This document shows, one piece after another, positions 7,843-17,075 of a stretch of DNA of 64,000 bases (position 1 is its first letter; each line of letters begins with the position of its first letter). The notes under the pieces were generated by a model that saw only the letters and a list, made by a program, of their open reading frames with translations, ran no database searches and had not been told where the DNA came from. Source of the stretch: Propionibacteriales bacterium. Lineage in GTDB: Bacteria > Actinomycetota > Actinomycetes > Propionibacteriales > Nocardioidaceae. A program made the position numbers and the translations under genes. Location: contig JAPLCA010000008.1 of NCBI GenBank assembly GCA_026392465.1, positions 232,194 to 296,193 on the forward strand. Reading direction: 5' to 3'.

Positions 7843-9402
7843 TCAGTTGACCTGGCGCTCGCGACCGTCCCAGAACTCGGCCCGCAGCTTGAACTTCTGC
7901 AGCTTGCCGGTGGCGGTGCGTGCGAGCTCGTCGCGGAACTCGACCCGCTTGGGGCACTTGTAGCCGGCCAGCCGCTCACGGCAGTGGGCGATGAGCGCCG
8001 CCTCGTCGACGCCGGAGTCGGGCTCGACGACGACCAGCGCCGTGACCAGCTCGCCCCACCGCTCGTCGGGGATGCCGATGACGGCGACCTCCCGGACCGC
8101 CGGGTGCGACGCGAGCGCGTCCTCGACCTCGATCGACGACACGTTCTCACCGCCGGAGATGATCACGTCCTTCTTGCGGTCCGCGATCGTGACGTAGCCG
8201 TCCTCGAACGCTCCGCCGTCGCCCGTGTGGAACCATCCCCCGGCCAGCGACTCGCTGGTGGCGTCGGGGTTGTCCCAGTAGCCCTCGAGCACGGTGTTGC
8301 TGCGGGCCAGCACCTCGCCGGTGTCGTCGATGCGGATCGATGTCGACAGCGCGGGAGCGCCCGCGCGGCCCAGCTTGCGGGCCTGCTCCGTCGGGTCGAG
8401 GTCGTCCCACTCCTCGCGCATGCGGCTCATGGTCAGCAGCGGGGCGGTCTCGGTCAGCCCGTAGATCTGGATGAACTCCCAGCCCAGCTCCTCGCGGACC
8501 CGCTCGATCGTGCGGGTCGGTGGCGGGGCGCCCGCGACGACGCAGCGTACGCGGTCGCGTCCGACCGGACCGTCCCAGTCCTTCAGGGCGTCGAGCACGG
8601 CCGACAGCACCGCAGGAGCGCAGCAGAGGTAGGTCACCTGGTGCTCCTCGATCCGACGCAGGATCTCGGCCCCGTCGACCTGGCGGAGCACCACGTGCCG
8701 CCCGCCCATGCCGGTGACGCCGTAGACCTGGCCCCAGCCGTTGCAGTGGAACATCGGCAGTGTGTGCAGGTACACGTCGCGGTCGCTCACCGACGCCTGC
8801 CAGCCGAACACCGTCGCGTTGGTCCAGAGGGCGCGGTGCGTCTGCTCGACGCCCTTGGGTCGCGCGGTCGTGCCCGACGTGTAGTTGATGGTCGCCGTCG
8901 CGTTCTCCTCAGGCTCCCACGCCCGCGGCTCGACGCCGTGGGCCGGAGGATGCGGGGAGGCAGGCGACCAGCCCCAGACCTCCTCGTCGTCGACGCCGGC
9001 GACGAAGACGTGCTTGGCCGCGGAGCATGCCTCGCGCAGGTGCTCCAGGCCCGGGTCGAGGATGACGACCTCGGCGCCGCTGTGCTGCACGATGTACTCG
9101 ACCTCGGCCGGCGCGAGGCGGAAGTTGACGGGCACGAACACGCGCCCCCAGCCGGAGACGCCGAAGAACGACGTGTAGAGCCGGGCGGCGTTCTGCGAGA
9201 CCATCGCGACCCGTCCGCCGACGGGCACGTCGAGCGCGTCGAGCCGCGCAGCCTGGGCCTGCGCGAGCCGCATCACCTCGGCGTACGTGAGCTCGCCCCA
9301 CGATGGTGCCGGCTGGTCGGGCTCGTCGACGACGGCCACCCGGTCGGGGTAGACCGTGACGGCACGGTCGAGGAAGTCGCGGATGCTGAACGGGACGAGC
9401 AC
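7843..9402 (-). CDS. AMP-dependent acyl-CoA synthetase/ligase
   Basis: Motifs INYTSGTTARPKGV (AMP-binding), GWFHTGDGG, ISGGENVSS and a C-terminal TATGKLQKFKLR. Confidence 0.9.
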   Translation of the reverse strand: MLVPFSIRDFLDRAVTVYPDRVAVVDEPDQPAPSWGELTYAEVMRLAQAQAARLDALDVPVGGRVAMVSQNAARLYTSFFGVSGWGRVFVPVNFRLAPAEVEYIVQHSGAEVVILDPGLEHLREACSAAKHVFVAGVDDEEVWGWSPASPHPPAHGVEPRAWEPEENATATINYTSGTTARPKGVEQTHRALWTNATVFGWQASVSDRDVYLHTLPMFHCNGWGQVYGVTGMGGRHVVLRQVDGAEILRRIEEHQVTYLCCAPAVLSAVLDALKDWDGPVGRDRVRCVVAGAPPPTRTIERVREELGWEFIQIYGLTETAPLLTMSRMREEWDDLDPTEQARKLGRAGAPALSTSIRIDDTGEVLARSNTVLEGYWDNPDATSESLAGGWFHTGDGGAFEDGYVTIADRKKDVIISGGENVSSIEVEDALASHPAVREVAVIGIPDERWGELVTALVVVEPDSGVDEAALIAHCRERLAGYKCPKRVEFRDELARTATGKLQKFKLRAEFWDGRERQVN

Positions 9403-9438
9403 GGGGGCCTCCAGGCGGTATGACGCGGGTCACTCCCA

Positions 9439-10110
9439 TCATGCATCGCGCCACGGTGCACCGCCGTCGCGGCCTCGCCGCCCGCGTCGGCGACCGTCCC
9501 GTGCCCTGGGCGGCCAGCAGCGACGTCGGCGCCACTCCTCGGCGAGGATCGCGTAGGCGAGCCCGTCGACCCAGCCGAGGTCGCGGTGCAGCGCGTCCTG
9601 GCGGGTGTGGGCCTCGCGCCGCATCCCGACGCGCTCCATGAGTCGCCACGACGGCTCGTTAATGGCGAAGCACTCGGCGACGACGCGGCGCACGCCGAGC
9701 TCCTCGAAGCTGATCCGCAGCAGCTCCTCGACGGCCTCGGTCATGAGACCCCGCCCGTGATGGCTGGGGGCCAGCACCCAGGCCAGGACGGCGACCGTGT
9801 GGCGCGCCTGCTCGCGGACGTCCTTCTGCCCCCAGGCGTCGGCGACGGTGACCATGGTGTCGCCGACGACCTGCCCGTCGACCTCGACGGCGAGCGCGTC
9901 GGGGAGGTCGTCGGCGCCGAAGTGCGAGGCGACGAGCTCGTCGCGGGTCCGCGCCGGCCGGCCCAGCCACCGGTTCACGTCGGGGTCGCCGCGGTAGGCG
10001 AGCACGGCGTCGACGTCGTCGAGCGTGAGCGGACGCAGCGTGAGCCGGGCCGTGCGGCGCGGCCACGTCAGGTCCGCGAGCCGCGGGCGTCGAGGGTCGA
10101 GGTCGGGCAC
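9439..10110 (-). CDS. GNAT family N-acetyltransferase (RimJ/RimL-like)
   Basis: N-terminal RLTLRPLTLDDVDAVLAYRGDPDV. Acetyl-CoA binding region HHGRGLMTEAVEELLRISFEELGVRRV. The exact C-terminal extent is uncertain. Confidence 0.7.
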   Translation of the reverse strand: MPDLDPRRPRLADLTWPRRTARLTLRPLTLDDVDAVLAYRGDPDVNRWLGRPARTRDELVASHFGADDLPDALAVEVDGQVVGDTMVTVADAWGQKDVREQARHTVAVLAWVLAPSHHGRGLMTEAVEELLRISFEELGVRRVVAECFAINEPSWRLMERVGMRREAHTRQDALHRDLGWVDGLAYAILAEEWRRRRCWPPRARDGRRRGRRGRDGGAPWRDA

Positions 10111-10971
10111 TCAGCGATCGTAGGGGTAGAACCCGTGGCCGGACTTCTTGCCCAGCAGGCCGGCGTCGACCATGCGGTCGAGCACCGGAGGCGGTGAGTA
10201 CAGCGGCTCCTTGAACTCCTCGTACATCGAGACCCCGATGGCGCGGACGGTGTCGAGGCCGATGAGGTCGGCCAGGGCGAGGGGGCCCATCGGGTGCCCG
10301 CAGCCCAGGACCATGCCGGAGTCGATGTCGGCGGCCGACGCGTAGCCCGCCTCGTACATGCGGATGGCCGACAGCAGGTACGGCACGAGCAGGCTGTTGA
10401 CGACGAACCCGGCTCGGTCGGTCGCCTCGATGGGCTCCTTGCCGAGGGTCTCGGAGACGAAGGTCTGCATCCGCTGCAGCGTCTCGGGCGACGTGGTGAG
10501 GGACGGGATGAGCTCGACGAGCCGCATGACCGGCGCGGGATTGAAGAAGTGCACGCCCATGACCCGGTCGGCGCGCCCGGAGACGGCACCGAGCTTCACG
10601 ATCGGGATCGAGGACGTGTTCGACGCGAGCACGGCGTCGTCGGACTCCAGGATCGACCCGAGGGTCCGGAACAGGTCGAGCTTGGTCCGCTCGTCCTCGC
10701 TGGCGGCCTCGACGACGAGGTCACGGTCGGCGAGCGCCTCGAGGTCGGACGTGAACGTGACGCGCTCGAGCGTCGCGGTGACGTCGTCCGGGGTCAGCTT
10801 GCCGCGCTGCTCGGCCTTGCGCAGCGACGCCTCCACCCGCTCGGCGGCGCACTTCGCGGCGTCGTCGTCGACCTCGACGGTCACGACCGACAGGCCGGCT
10901 CGCGCCCCGACCTCGGTGATGCCCGACCCCATGAGGCCTCCGCCGACCACGCCCAGACGTGCGATCGTCAT
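10111..10971 (-). CDS. 3-hydroxyacyl-CoA (3-hydroxybutyryl-CoA) dehydrogenase
   Basis: ATG 10971. Rossmann motif LGVVGGGLMGSGI. Other motifs: SNTSSIPI, MGVHFFNPAPVM and the C-terminal 3HCDH region GFVVNSLLVPYL. Confidence 0.9.
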   Translation of the reverse strand: MTIARLGVVGGGLMGSGITEVGARAGLSVVTVEVDDDAAKCAAERVEASLRKAEQRGKLTPDDVTATLERVTFTSDLEALADRDLVVEAASEDERTKLDLFRTLGSILESDDAVLASNTSSIPIVKLGAVSGRADRVMGVHFFNPAPVMRLVELIPSLTTSPETLQRMQTFVSETLGKEPIEATDRAGFVVNSLLVPYLLSAIRMYEAGYASAADIDSGMVLGCGHPMGPLALADLIGLDTVRAIGVSMYEEFKEPLYSPPPVLDRMVDAGLLGKKSGHGFYPYDR

Positions 10972-11122
10972 GACGTTCTCCCTCCTGATGCTTGGACGTC
11001 CTAGCACTTTCAGCCTACGCCACGCGACCGAGGGCCCGGACGGCCCTCGGCCTCGGCGACAGGAGCGCGGGACCGTGCGTGGTGCGCCGGGAGCGCAGTG
11101 CCCGACGTGGTGGGATGGACCC

Positions 11123-11536
11123 ATGCGTGCACGACACCTGGCCTCCGCGGTGCTCCTGCCGGTGCTGGCGCTCGGCGCGTCGGGCTGCAGCGGCGGGTCG
11201 GACCCGGCCACCCGGCCCGCGCCGTCCGCCTCGCCGACCGCCGAGGGCCTGCCCGCGGGCCGCTCCGCCCCGGAGCTGCTGTCGGCGGTGGAGTGCAGCC
11301 GTGACGGCGACGGCACCTGGTCGGCGACCGGGCTGGTGTCCAACCCGACGAAGAACAAGGCCAGCTACCAGGTGAGCGCCCAGGTCGGGCCGGCCGACGG
11401 CACGAGTCCCGCCGCCACCCGTCGCCTCGACGATGTCGCGGCGGGTGCGGAGCAGCCGTTCCTGCTCACCGACATCCCGACCTCCTCGCCCGACGGTCCG
11501 TGCCACCTGCAGCTGCTGGTGCTGGCGCCGGACTGA
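11123..11536 (+). CDS. Hypothetical lipoprotein
   Basis: ATG 11123 lies within track ORF 10358..11536. Signal peptide plus lipobox LALGASGC. Third-position GC is high. No recognisable domain. Confidence 0.55.
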   Translation: MRARHLASAVLLPVLALGASGCSGGSDPATRPAPSASPTAEGLPAGRSAPELLSAVECSRDGDGTWSATGLVSNPTKNKASYQVSAQVGPADGTSPAATRRLDDVAAGAEQPFLLTDIPTSSPDGPCHLQLLVLAPD

Positions 11537-11557
11537 CCCGGCTCGTGCGGACGCGAC

Positions 11558-11590
11558 GACGCCCGCACCCCGACGAGGGGCGCGGGCGTC
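11558..11590. terminator. GC-rich hairpin between convergent genes (possible bidirectional terminator)
   Basis: gacgcccgc (11558-11566) pairs with gcgggcgtc (11582-11590) across a 15-nt loop. It lies between the lipoprotein stop and the fprA-like stop. There is no clear T-run. Confidence 0.35.
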
Positions 11591-11609
11591 GCGACGGTGA
11601 CGGTGGGCG

Positions 11610-12983
11610 TCAGGAGCGGGCGATGCGGACCATGTCCTCGCGGGGCACGACCTTGACCCGCTCGCGCGGGTGCTCGTGGGCCTCGCCGAGGCTCAGCTCG
11701 TGGGCGTCGAGCTGCTCCCAGCCCTCCCACGTGGTGTACTCCAGGCCGCGCGACGCGAGGTAGGCGTCGACGGACTCGGGGTCGGGCTGGGCGGCCCGGT
11801 CGAGACCGGGCGCGTCCTCGAGCAGCATCGAGATCGTCTGGGCGGCGTCGGACTTGGTGTGGCCGATGAGGCCGACCGGTCCGCGCTTGATCCAGCCCGT
11901 CACGTAGGCGCCGGGCAGGGCCGAGCCGTCGATCTCGATGACGCGACCGCCGTCGTTGGGCACGACGCCGGCGGTGACGTCGAACGGCAGACCGGGCAGG
12001 TTGTCGGAGTAGTAGCCGATGGCGCGGTACACGGCCTGGACGGGCCAGTCCTGGAACTCGCCGGTGCCACGGACGTTGCCGGTGCCGTCGAGCTCGGTCA
12101 CCTCGGTGCGCAGACCCACGACCCTGCCGTCCTCGCCGACGATCTCGACGGGGTTCTGGCAGAAGTGGATGTGGATGCGGTGCGGGGCGCCCGTGGGCTC
12201 CTTCGCCAGGTAGTTCTGGAGCACGTCGACGACGAGCTTCTGGCTCTTGGCGGCGCGGATGGCCTCGAGCGAGCCCTCGTCGAGCTCGAAGCCCTCGGGG
12301 TGCACGATGACGTCGATGGTGGGGGAGTGGCTCAGCTCGCGCAGCTCCATCGGCGTGAACTTGACCTGCGCCGGGCCGCGCCGCGCGAACACGTGCACGT
12401 CCTTCGCGACGTTCTTCTTGAGACCCTCGTAGACGTTGTCGGGGATCTCGGTGACGAGCAGCTCCTCGGCCGTCTTGGCCAGGATGCGCGACACGTCCAG
12501 GCCCACGTTGCCGACGCCGAGCACGGCCACCGACTCCTGGTGCGGCTGGAACGGCCAGTCGCGGTCGACGTCGGGGTGGCCGTCGTACCAGGCGACGAAG
12601 TCCGCGGCGCCGTGCGAGCCGTCGAGGTCGATGCCGGGGATGTCGAGGTCGCGGTCGCGGCGGGCGCCCGTGGCGAAGACGACGGCGTCGTAGAACTGGC
12701 GCAGGTCGTCGAGCTTCAGGTCGTCGCCGAAGGAGACGTTGCCGAAGAAGCGGATGTCCTCGTTCGCCATGACGCGCTTGAGCGCCTTGACGATCTCCTT
12801 GATGCGCGGGTGGTCGGGGGCCACGCCGTAGCGGATCAGCCCGAACGGCGTGGGGTCACGCTCGATGAGGTCGACGCTCGCGCCCTCGAAGGGTGCGGGG
12901 ACCTCGGACTTGGTGAGGATGTCGGCGGCGTAGACGCCGGCCGGGCCGGCGCCGACGATCGCGACCCTGAGCTTCCTGCTCAT
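11610..12983 (-). CDS. fprA: Ferredoxin-NADP+ reductase, adrenodoxin-reductase type (FprA-like)
   Basis: ATG 12983. Motifs VAIVGAGPAGVYAA, FGLIRYGVAPDHP, a second dinucleotide motif VAVLGVGNVGLDV, and the C-terminal GWIKRGPVGLIGHTKSDA. Confidence 0.9.
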   Translation of the reverse strand: MSRKLRVAIVGAGPAGVYAADILTKSEVPAPFEGASVDLIERDPTPFGLIRYGVAPDHPRIKEIVKALKRVMANEDIRFFGNVSFGDDLKLDDLRQFYDAVVFATGARRDRDLDIPGIDLDGSHGAADFVAWYDGHPDVDRDWPFQPHQESVAVLGVGNVGLDVSRILAKTAEELLVTEIPDNVYEGLKKNVAKDVHVFARRGPAQVKFTPMELRELSHSPTIDVIVHPEGFELDEGSLEAIRAAKSQKLVVDVLQNYLAKEPTGAPHRIHIHFCQNPVEIVGEDGRVVGLRTEVTELDGTGNVRGTGEFQDWPVQAVYRAIGYYSDNLPGLPFDVTAGVVPNDGGRVIEIDGSALPGAYVTGWIKRGPVGLIGHTKSDAAQTISMLLEDAPGLDRAAQPDPESVDAYLASRGLEYTTWEGWEQLDAHELSLGEAHEHPRERVKVVPREDMVRIARS

Positions 12984-13137
12984 CAGTGGGACTCCTGGGG
13001 GGACTGCGGGCACACCGCCAGGATCAGTCGATGTGCATGAGGACATCCTAAGTTCTCCTGCCACGCGCCGCGAAGTCGTCCGGTGTGCGAGATCGACCAC
13101 GTCGACGGGGCGGCGGTTCGCCCCCGATCGCAGGGCG

Positions 13138-13773
13138 TCAGCGCGCCGTCAGGCGGCCGCGCAGGATCGGCAGCCCTGGCCCGCCGAGGCTGTCGAGCGC
13201 CTGCACGCGACCGGAGGTGGCGAGCAGGAGGTCGACGGCCCGACCCTCGACGACGTCGTCCCCGTCGCCCACCACGAGGTCGGCGTCGCTCGCGACGAGG
13301 CGCAGGTCCGCCACGTGCTGGCGTCCGCCGCCCATCGACACCGAGGTGCGGGCCTGGTGGCGCAGGGCGTCCGCGACCGCCCGCGGCGCGTAGTCGTGGT
13401 GGAGCCCGAGCGGTCGACGGACGTCCTCCACGTGCACGACCTCCTCGACCAGCCGGCTCGCGAGGGGCACGGGCGGTGTGTCGGTGCGTCCCACCACGGA
13501 CCGGAGGCGCGCCCACGTCTCGGCAGGGTCCGCGCCTCGCTCACGGGCGACGCCCTGGTCGTTCTGCCGGTCGAAGTCGAACCGGGCCCGCACCATCGCG
13601 ACGACGAGTCGCGCGGTGGTGGCGCGGGCGTTGTCGACGAGGTGGGCGGCGACGTCGTGGACGGACCAGCCCGAGCACCAGGACGGGACGTCCCACTGGG
13701 CCGGCGCGAGGGTCGCGAGGTCGTCGACGAGCGCGGCCCGCTCGGCGTGGACGAGGGACCAGGTCGGGTTCAT
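13138..13773 (-). CDS. DinB-like / mycothiol-dependent maleylpyruvate isomerase family protein
   Basis: ATG 13773. The N-terminal ERAALVDDLATLAPAQWDVPSWCSGWSVHDVAAHL is typical of the mycothiol maleylpyruvate isomerase N-terminal (DinB) domain. Confidence 0.7.
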   Translation of the reverse strand: MNPTWSLVHAERAALVDDLATLAPAQWDVPSWCSGWSVHDVAAHLVDNARATTARLVVAMVRARFDFDRQNDQGVARERGADPAETWARLRSVVGRTDTPPVPLASRLVEEVVHVEDVRRPLGLHHDYAPRAVADALRHQARTSVSMGGGRQHVADLRLVASDADLVVGDGDDVVEGRAVDLLLATSGRVQALDSLGGPGLPILRGRLTAR

Positions 13774-13805
13774 GGCCTCGAGGGTAGGGCTGCCCGCCGA
13801 CACCC

Positions 13806-14597
13806 TCAGCGGAAGCGGCGGCCCTCGTCGCGACGGTACGCCCAGCCGGTGATGGCGGCACCGGCGAGCGTCCACGCGAGGAGGACGAGCAGCCAGGTCG
13901 CGTCGACGTCGGAGCCGGTCATGGTGGCCACGACGAGGTCGCGGGCGGCGCGCGTGGGCGTGCCCTGGGAGGCGGTGTCGAGCCACGACGGGAACGTCTC
14001 GGGCGGCACGAAGAGGCCGCCGAGGAAGGCCAGCGGGAACAGCACCGCCTGGGCGACGGCGAGCGCCGCCTTGGGCCGCAGGCCGTAGCCGATCGCGAAG
14101 CCGATGACGAGGAACGGCACGCCGCAGCCGAGCAGCGTCAGCCCGACGAGCGGGAGCCGGCCCCACGGCACGGTCGCCTCCGTGAGGAACGCGGCGATCA
14201 GGCCGACCACCAGCAGGCCGAGGGCGCTGAGCACCACGCCGGTCGCGATCCGTGCGACGAGCTGCGGGACGGCGCCCGCGGGGAGCGAGCGCAGGAACGT
14301 GTCGAACGGCCGCGTGCGGTCCTCGGCGATGCCGGCGCCGTAGGTGAACAGGCACACCGACACGATCGAGAACAGCGCGACCTGGCCGGTGGCGGCGGTG
14401 GCGGCCGAGGCGTCGCCGGCGACGGTGCGCTGCGGGACGACGAAGCAGAGCAGCACGAGTGCCGGGAAGGCCACCGTGCTCACGATGACGACCGGCTCGC
14501 GCACCGCCTCCAGGACGGCGAGCCGGGTGTGGGCGAGGGCGATGCGCAGGGCTCTCGACGGGTGGTGGGCCGCAGGTCGGCCGGTCGTCGTGGTCAT
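13806..14597 (-). CDS. ABC-2 type transporter permease
   Basis: ATG 14597. About six predicted TM segments. It lies directly downstream of the ABC ATPase. Confidence 0.7.
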   Translation of the reverse strand: MTTTTGRPAAHHPSRALRIALAHTRLAVLEAVREPVVIVSTVAFPALVLLCFVVPQRTVAGDASAATAATGQVALFSIVSVCLFTYGAGIAEDRTRPFDTFLRSLPAGAVPQLVARIATGVVLSALGLLVVGLIAAFLTEATVPWGRLPLVGLTLLGCGVPFLVIGFAIGYGLRPKAALAVAQAVLFPLAFLGGLFVPPETFPSWLDTASQGTPTRAARDLVVATMTGSDVDATWLLVLLAWTLAGAAITGWAYRRDEGRRFR

Positions 14598-14623
14598 GGG
14601 GTCCTCCAGCTCTCGTCGGTCGG

Positions 14624-15502
14624 TCAGGCGGCGGTCAGGTGGGTGAACGCGTCCTCGAGGGAGGCGCCGCGGACGCGCAGGCGTCGGAAATCGGCGGCGC
14701 CCGAGGCGAGCGCCCGCACCACGAGGTCGGCGTCGCGGGCGAGCACCTCCACGTCGTCGCCGTCCACCCGCACGTCGACCACGCCCTCGAGCTCCGCCAC
14801 GCGGCCGACGGTGCCGGTCCACGAGAGCCGTTCGACGTCGACCAGGTCGCGCACGCGCTCGAGGGTGTCGTCGACCAGGACTCGTCCCTCGGCCATGACC
14901 GCGACGCGGTCGGACAGCTGCTCCACCTCCTCGAGGTGGTGGCTGGTGAGCAGCACCGCCACCCCGTCGTCGCGGTGGGAACGGATGCCGTCCCAGAGCG
15001 CGTGGCGGGCCTCGACGTCGAGGCCGGTGGTCGGCTCGTCGAGCAGTACGAGCGCGGGCCGCCCGACGAGGGCGAGCGCGCACGCGAGCCGGCGCTGCTG
15101 CCCGCCCGAGAGGCCGCCGCAGCGGCGGTCGGCGAGGTCGGCGATGCCGAAGCGGTCGAGCGCCTCGCGCACCGGGAGCGGGTCGGCGTGGTGGTCGGCC
15201 ACGAAGCGCACGACCTCGGCCGCGGTGAGCGACTCCGGCAGTCCGGTCTCCTGCGGCGTCACCCCGAGCGCGGCCCGGTTCCGCGGCAGCCGGGGGTCGA
15301 GCCCGAGCACGCGCACGGTCCCGCGGTCGGGCGTGCGCAGGCCGGACACCATCGACAGGAGGGTGGTCTTGCCCGCCCCGTTCGGTCCGAGCAGCCCGAC
15401 CACCTGGCCGGCACGTACCTCCAGCGTGACGTCGGCGACCGCCGGTCGGTCGCCGAAGGAGCGGGTGACGTGGTCGACGTGCAGGACGGGCGTGCTGGTC
15501 AT
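14624..15502 (-). CDS. ABC transporter ATP-binding protein
   Basis: ATG 15502. Walker A GPNGAGKTT, signature LSGGQQRR, Walker B LVLLDEPTTGLD. Confidence 0.9.
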   Translation of the reverse strand: MTSTPVLHVDHVTRSFGDRPAVADVTLEVRAGQVVGLLGPNGAGKTTLLSMVSGLRTPDRGTVRVLGLDPRLPRNRAALGVTPQETGLPESLTAAEVVRFVADHHADPLPVREALDRFGIADLADRRCGGLSGGQQRRLACALALVGRPALVLLDEPTTGLDVEARHALWDGIRSHRDDGVAVLLTSHHLEEVEQLSDRVAVMAEGRVLVDDTLERVRDLVDVERLSWTGTVGRVAELEGVVDVRVDGDDVEVLARDADLVVRALASGAADFRRLRVRGASLEDAFTHLTAA

Positions 15503-15795
15503 GGGTCCCCCTGGAGGAGCGTGCGAAGGGTGCGGGTGTAGGTCTCGAAGGCGGCGCGGCCGGCGTCCGTGAGGCTGACGTGCGTGGCCGGCGTCCGACC
15601 GTCGATGGTCTTGGTCTGCTGGACGTAGCCGGCGTCCTCGAGCTTGCGCAGGTGGGTGGAGAGGTTCCCGGCCGTCATGGTCAGCTCCTTCTGCAGGCGC
15701 GGGAAGGTGAGCGTCTCCCCGGGCGCGAGCGCGGCGAGGAAGGCCGTGACCCGCAGGCGCGCCTGGGCGTGGATGACGGGGTCGAGGTCGGTCAT
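15499..15795 (-). CDS. Winged-helix transcriptional regulator (ArsR/MarR-like small wHTH)
   Basis: ATG 15795, with an ATGA overlap onto the ABC ATPase start. HTH region LTMTAGNLSTHLRKLEDAGYVQQ. Confidence 0.7.
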   Translation of the reverse strand: MTDLDPVIHAQARLRVTAFLAALAPGETLTFPRLQKELTMTAGNLSTHLRKLEDAGYVQQTKTIDGRTPATHVSLTDAGRAAFETYTRTLRTLLQGDP

Positions 15796-16427
15796 CGGTG
15801 CCCCTCGCGGTGCGCGTGGAGCGCGGCGACGGCGAAGCCGCCGCCGCCGAGCAGCGCCATGAGCAGGTAGAGGGTGGGCGCGCCGGCGAACGAGGCGCCA
15901 CCGACGAGGAGGGCGATCCAGGCGCCGAGCACGAACTGGCGTCGGTCGTGGAACGCGATGGCGGACCCCATGTAGAGGACGGCGACGACGAGGCACGGGA
16001 CGGCGTTGTAGACGATCGCGGCGGCCTCGCCCTCGAGGCCGACCCGTCCGAGCGCACCCGCGACGAGGCAGGCGCCGGCGAAGCCGATCCCCCAGGCCCA
16101 GCCGAGCCACGCGTTGGCCTCGGCGTCGGGCCCTCCGATGCCTCGGGTGCGGCCCTCGATGTGCACGACCGTGGCCACGATCGCGGCGGCGATCAGGACG
16201 CCGAAGACGATCGGCCCCGGGAGTCCGGGCTCTCCCTGCGGGCCGGACCACGTCCACAGTGCGAGGTAGCCGACGCCCCACGCGACGGCCCACACGCCGT
16301 AGACGACCCGTTCGTCGACCCGCACGGAACGGCGGGCCCGGTCGCGCTCGGCCTCGATGATGGCCCAGCTCTCGGCGAGGTCGGGGGCGTGGTCGCCGGC
16401 CTGGTCGTCGGGCTGGTGGTCGTCCAT
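15792..16427 (-). CDS. Hypothetical polytopic membrane protein (first gene of the regulator-ABC operon)
   Basis: ATG 16427. Acidic N-terminus followed by 5-6 hydrophobic segments. Its stop overlaps the start of the downstream regulator. Confidence 0.55.
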   Translation of the reverse strand: MDDHQPDDQAGDHAPDLAESWAIIEAERDRARRSVRVDERVVYGVWAVAWGVGYLALWTWSGPQGEPGLPGPIVFGVLIAAAIVATVVHIEGRTRGIGGPDAEANAWLGWAWGIGFAGACLVAGALGRVGLEGEAAAIVYNAVPCLVVAVLYMGSAIAFHDRRQFVLGAWIALLVGGASFAGAPTLYLLMALLGGGGFAVAALHAHREGHR

Positions 16428-16445
16428 GGTCTCTCCCGGAGATGA

Positions 16446-16470
16446 GTTTGTAATGCAAAGTAGTTTGCAT
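16446..16470. promoter_or_regulatory. AT-rich inverted repeat, candidate operator in a divergent promoter region
   Basis: gtttgtaATGCAAAgtagTTTGCAT contains a perfect 7-bp inverted repeat (16453-16459 and 16464-16470). It sits in a conspicuously AT-rich patch between the divergent genes at 16427(-) and 16594(+). Confidence 0.35.
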
Positions 16471-16593
16471 GGATCGGCGACGGGAGTCAAGGTCCGTCCG
16501 CACCTGCGGGAACGTCGAGCGGGACGCGGCCGTTGGAGAAGTTGACGACGCAACGACCTTCCGCGTCCCAGCCCGACTGACTGGAGAAGACCC

Positions 16594-17064
16594 ATGACCC
16601 TGCGCCGCCACCAGAAGGCCGTGCTCGCCGCCACGGCCGTCCCGACCCTGCTGCTCGCCGCCGCGTGCGGCCAGTCCTCCTCCGACGACGCGACGGGCAG
16701 CACGCCGAGCAGCGCCGCCACGAGCGAGTCGGCGTCCGCCGACACCGGCTCCTCGGAGTCGTCCGGCGACTACACCCCCGGGACCTACGAGGCGTCCGGT
16801 AGCTACTCCAACCCCGGCGGGACCTCGACGGTCGACGTCGAGGTGACGCTCGGCGACGTCGGGATCATCGACGCCGTCACCGTCACGCCGAAGGCCTCCG
16901 GCACCTCGAAGCAGTACCAGGAGAAGTTCGCCGGCGGCATCGCCGACGAGGTCGTCGGCAAGAACATCGACGACCTCGACGTCTCCAAGGTGGCCGGCTC
17001 CTCGCTGACGGCGGGCGGCTTCAACCAGGCGATCGACGAGATCAAGTCCGAGGCGCGGGGCTGA
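16594..17064 (+). CDS. FMN-binding-domain lipoprotein (candidate ApbE flavinylation substrate)
   Basis: Lipobox LLAAACG. The C-terminal motif LDVSKVAGSSLTAGGFNQAI resembles the FMN_bind signature (D..SGAT.T). Confidence 0.7.
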   Translation: MTLRRHQKAVLAATAVPTLLLAAACGQSSSDDATGSTPSSAATSESASADTGSSESSGDYTPGTYEASGSYSNPGGTSTVDVEVTLGDVGIIDAVTVTPKASGTSKQYQEKFAGGIADEVVGKNIDDLDVSKVAGSSLTAGGFNQAIDEIKSEARG

Positions 17065-17075
17065 CCGGACCTACC

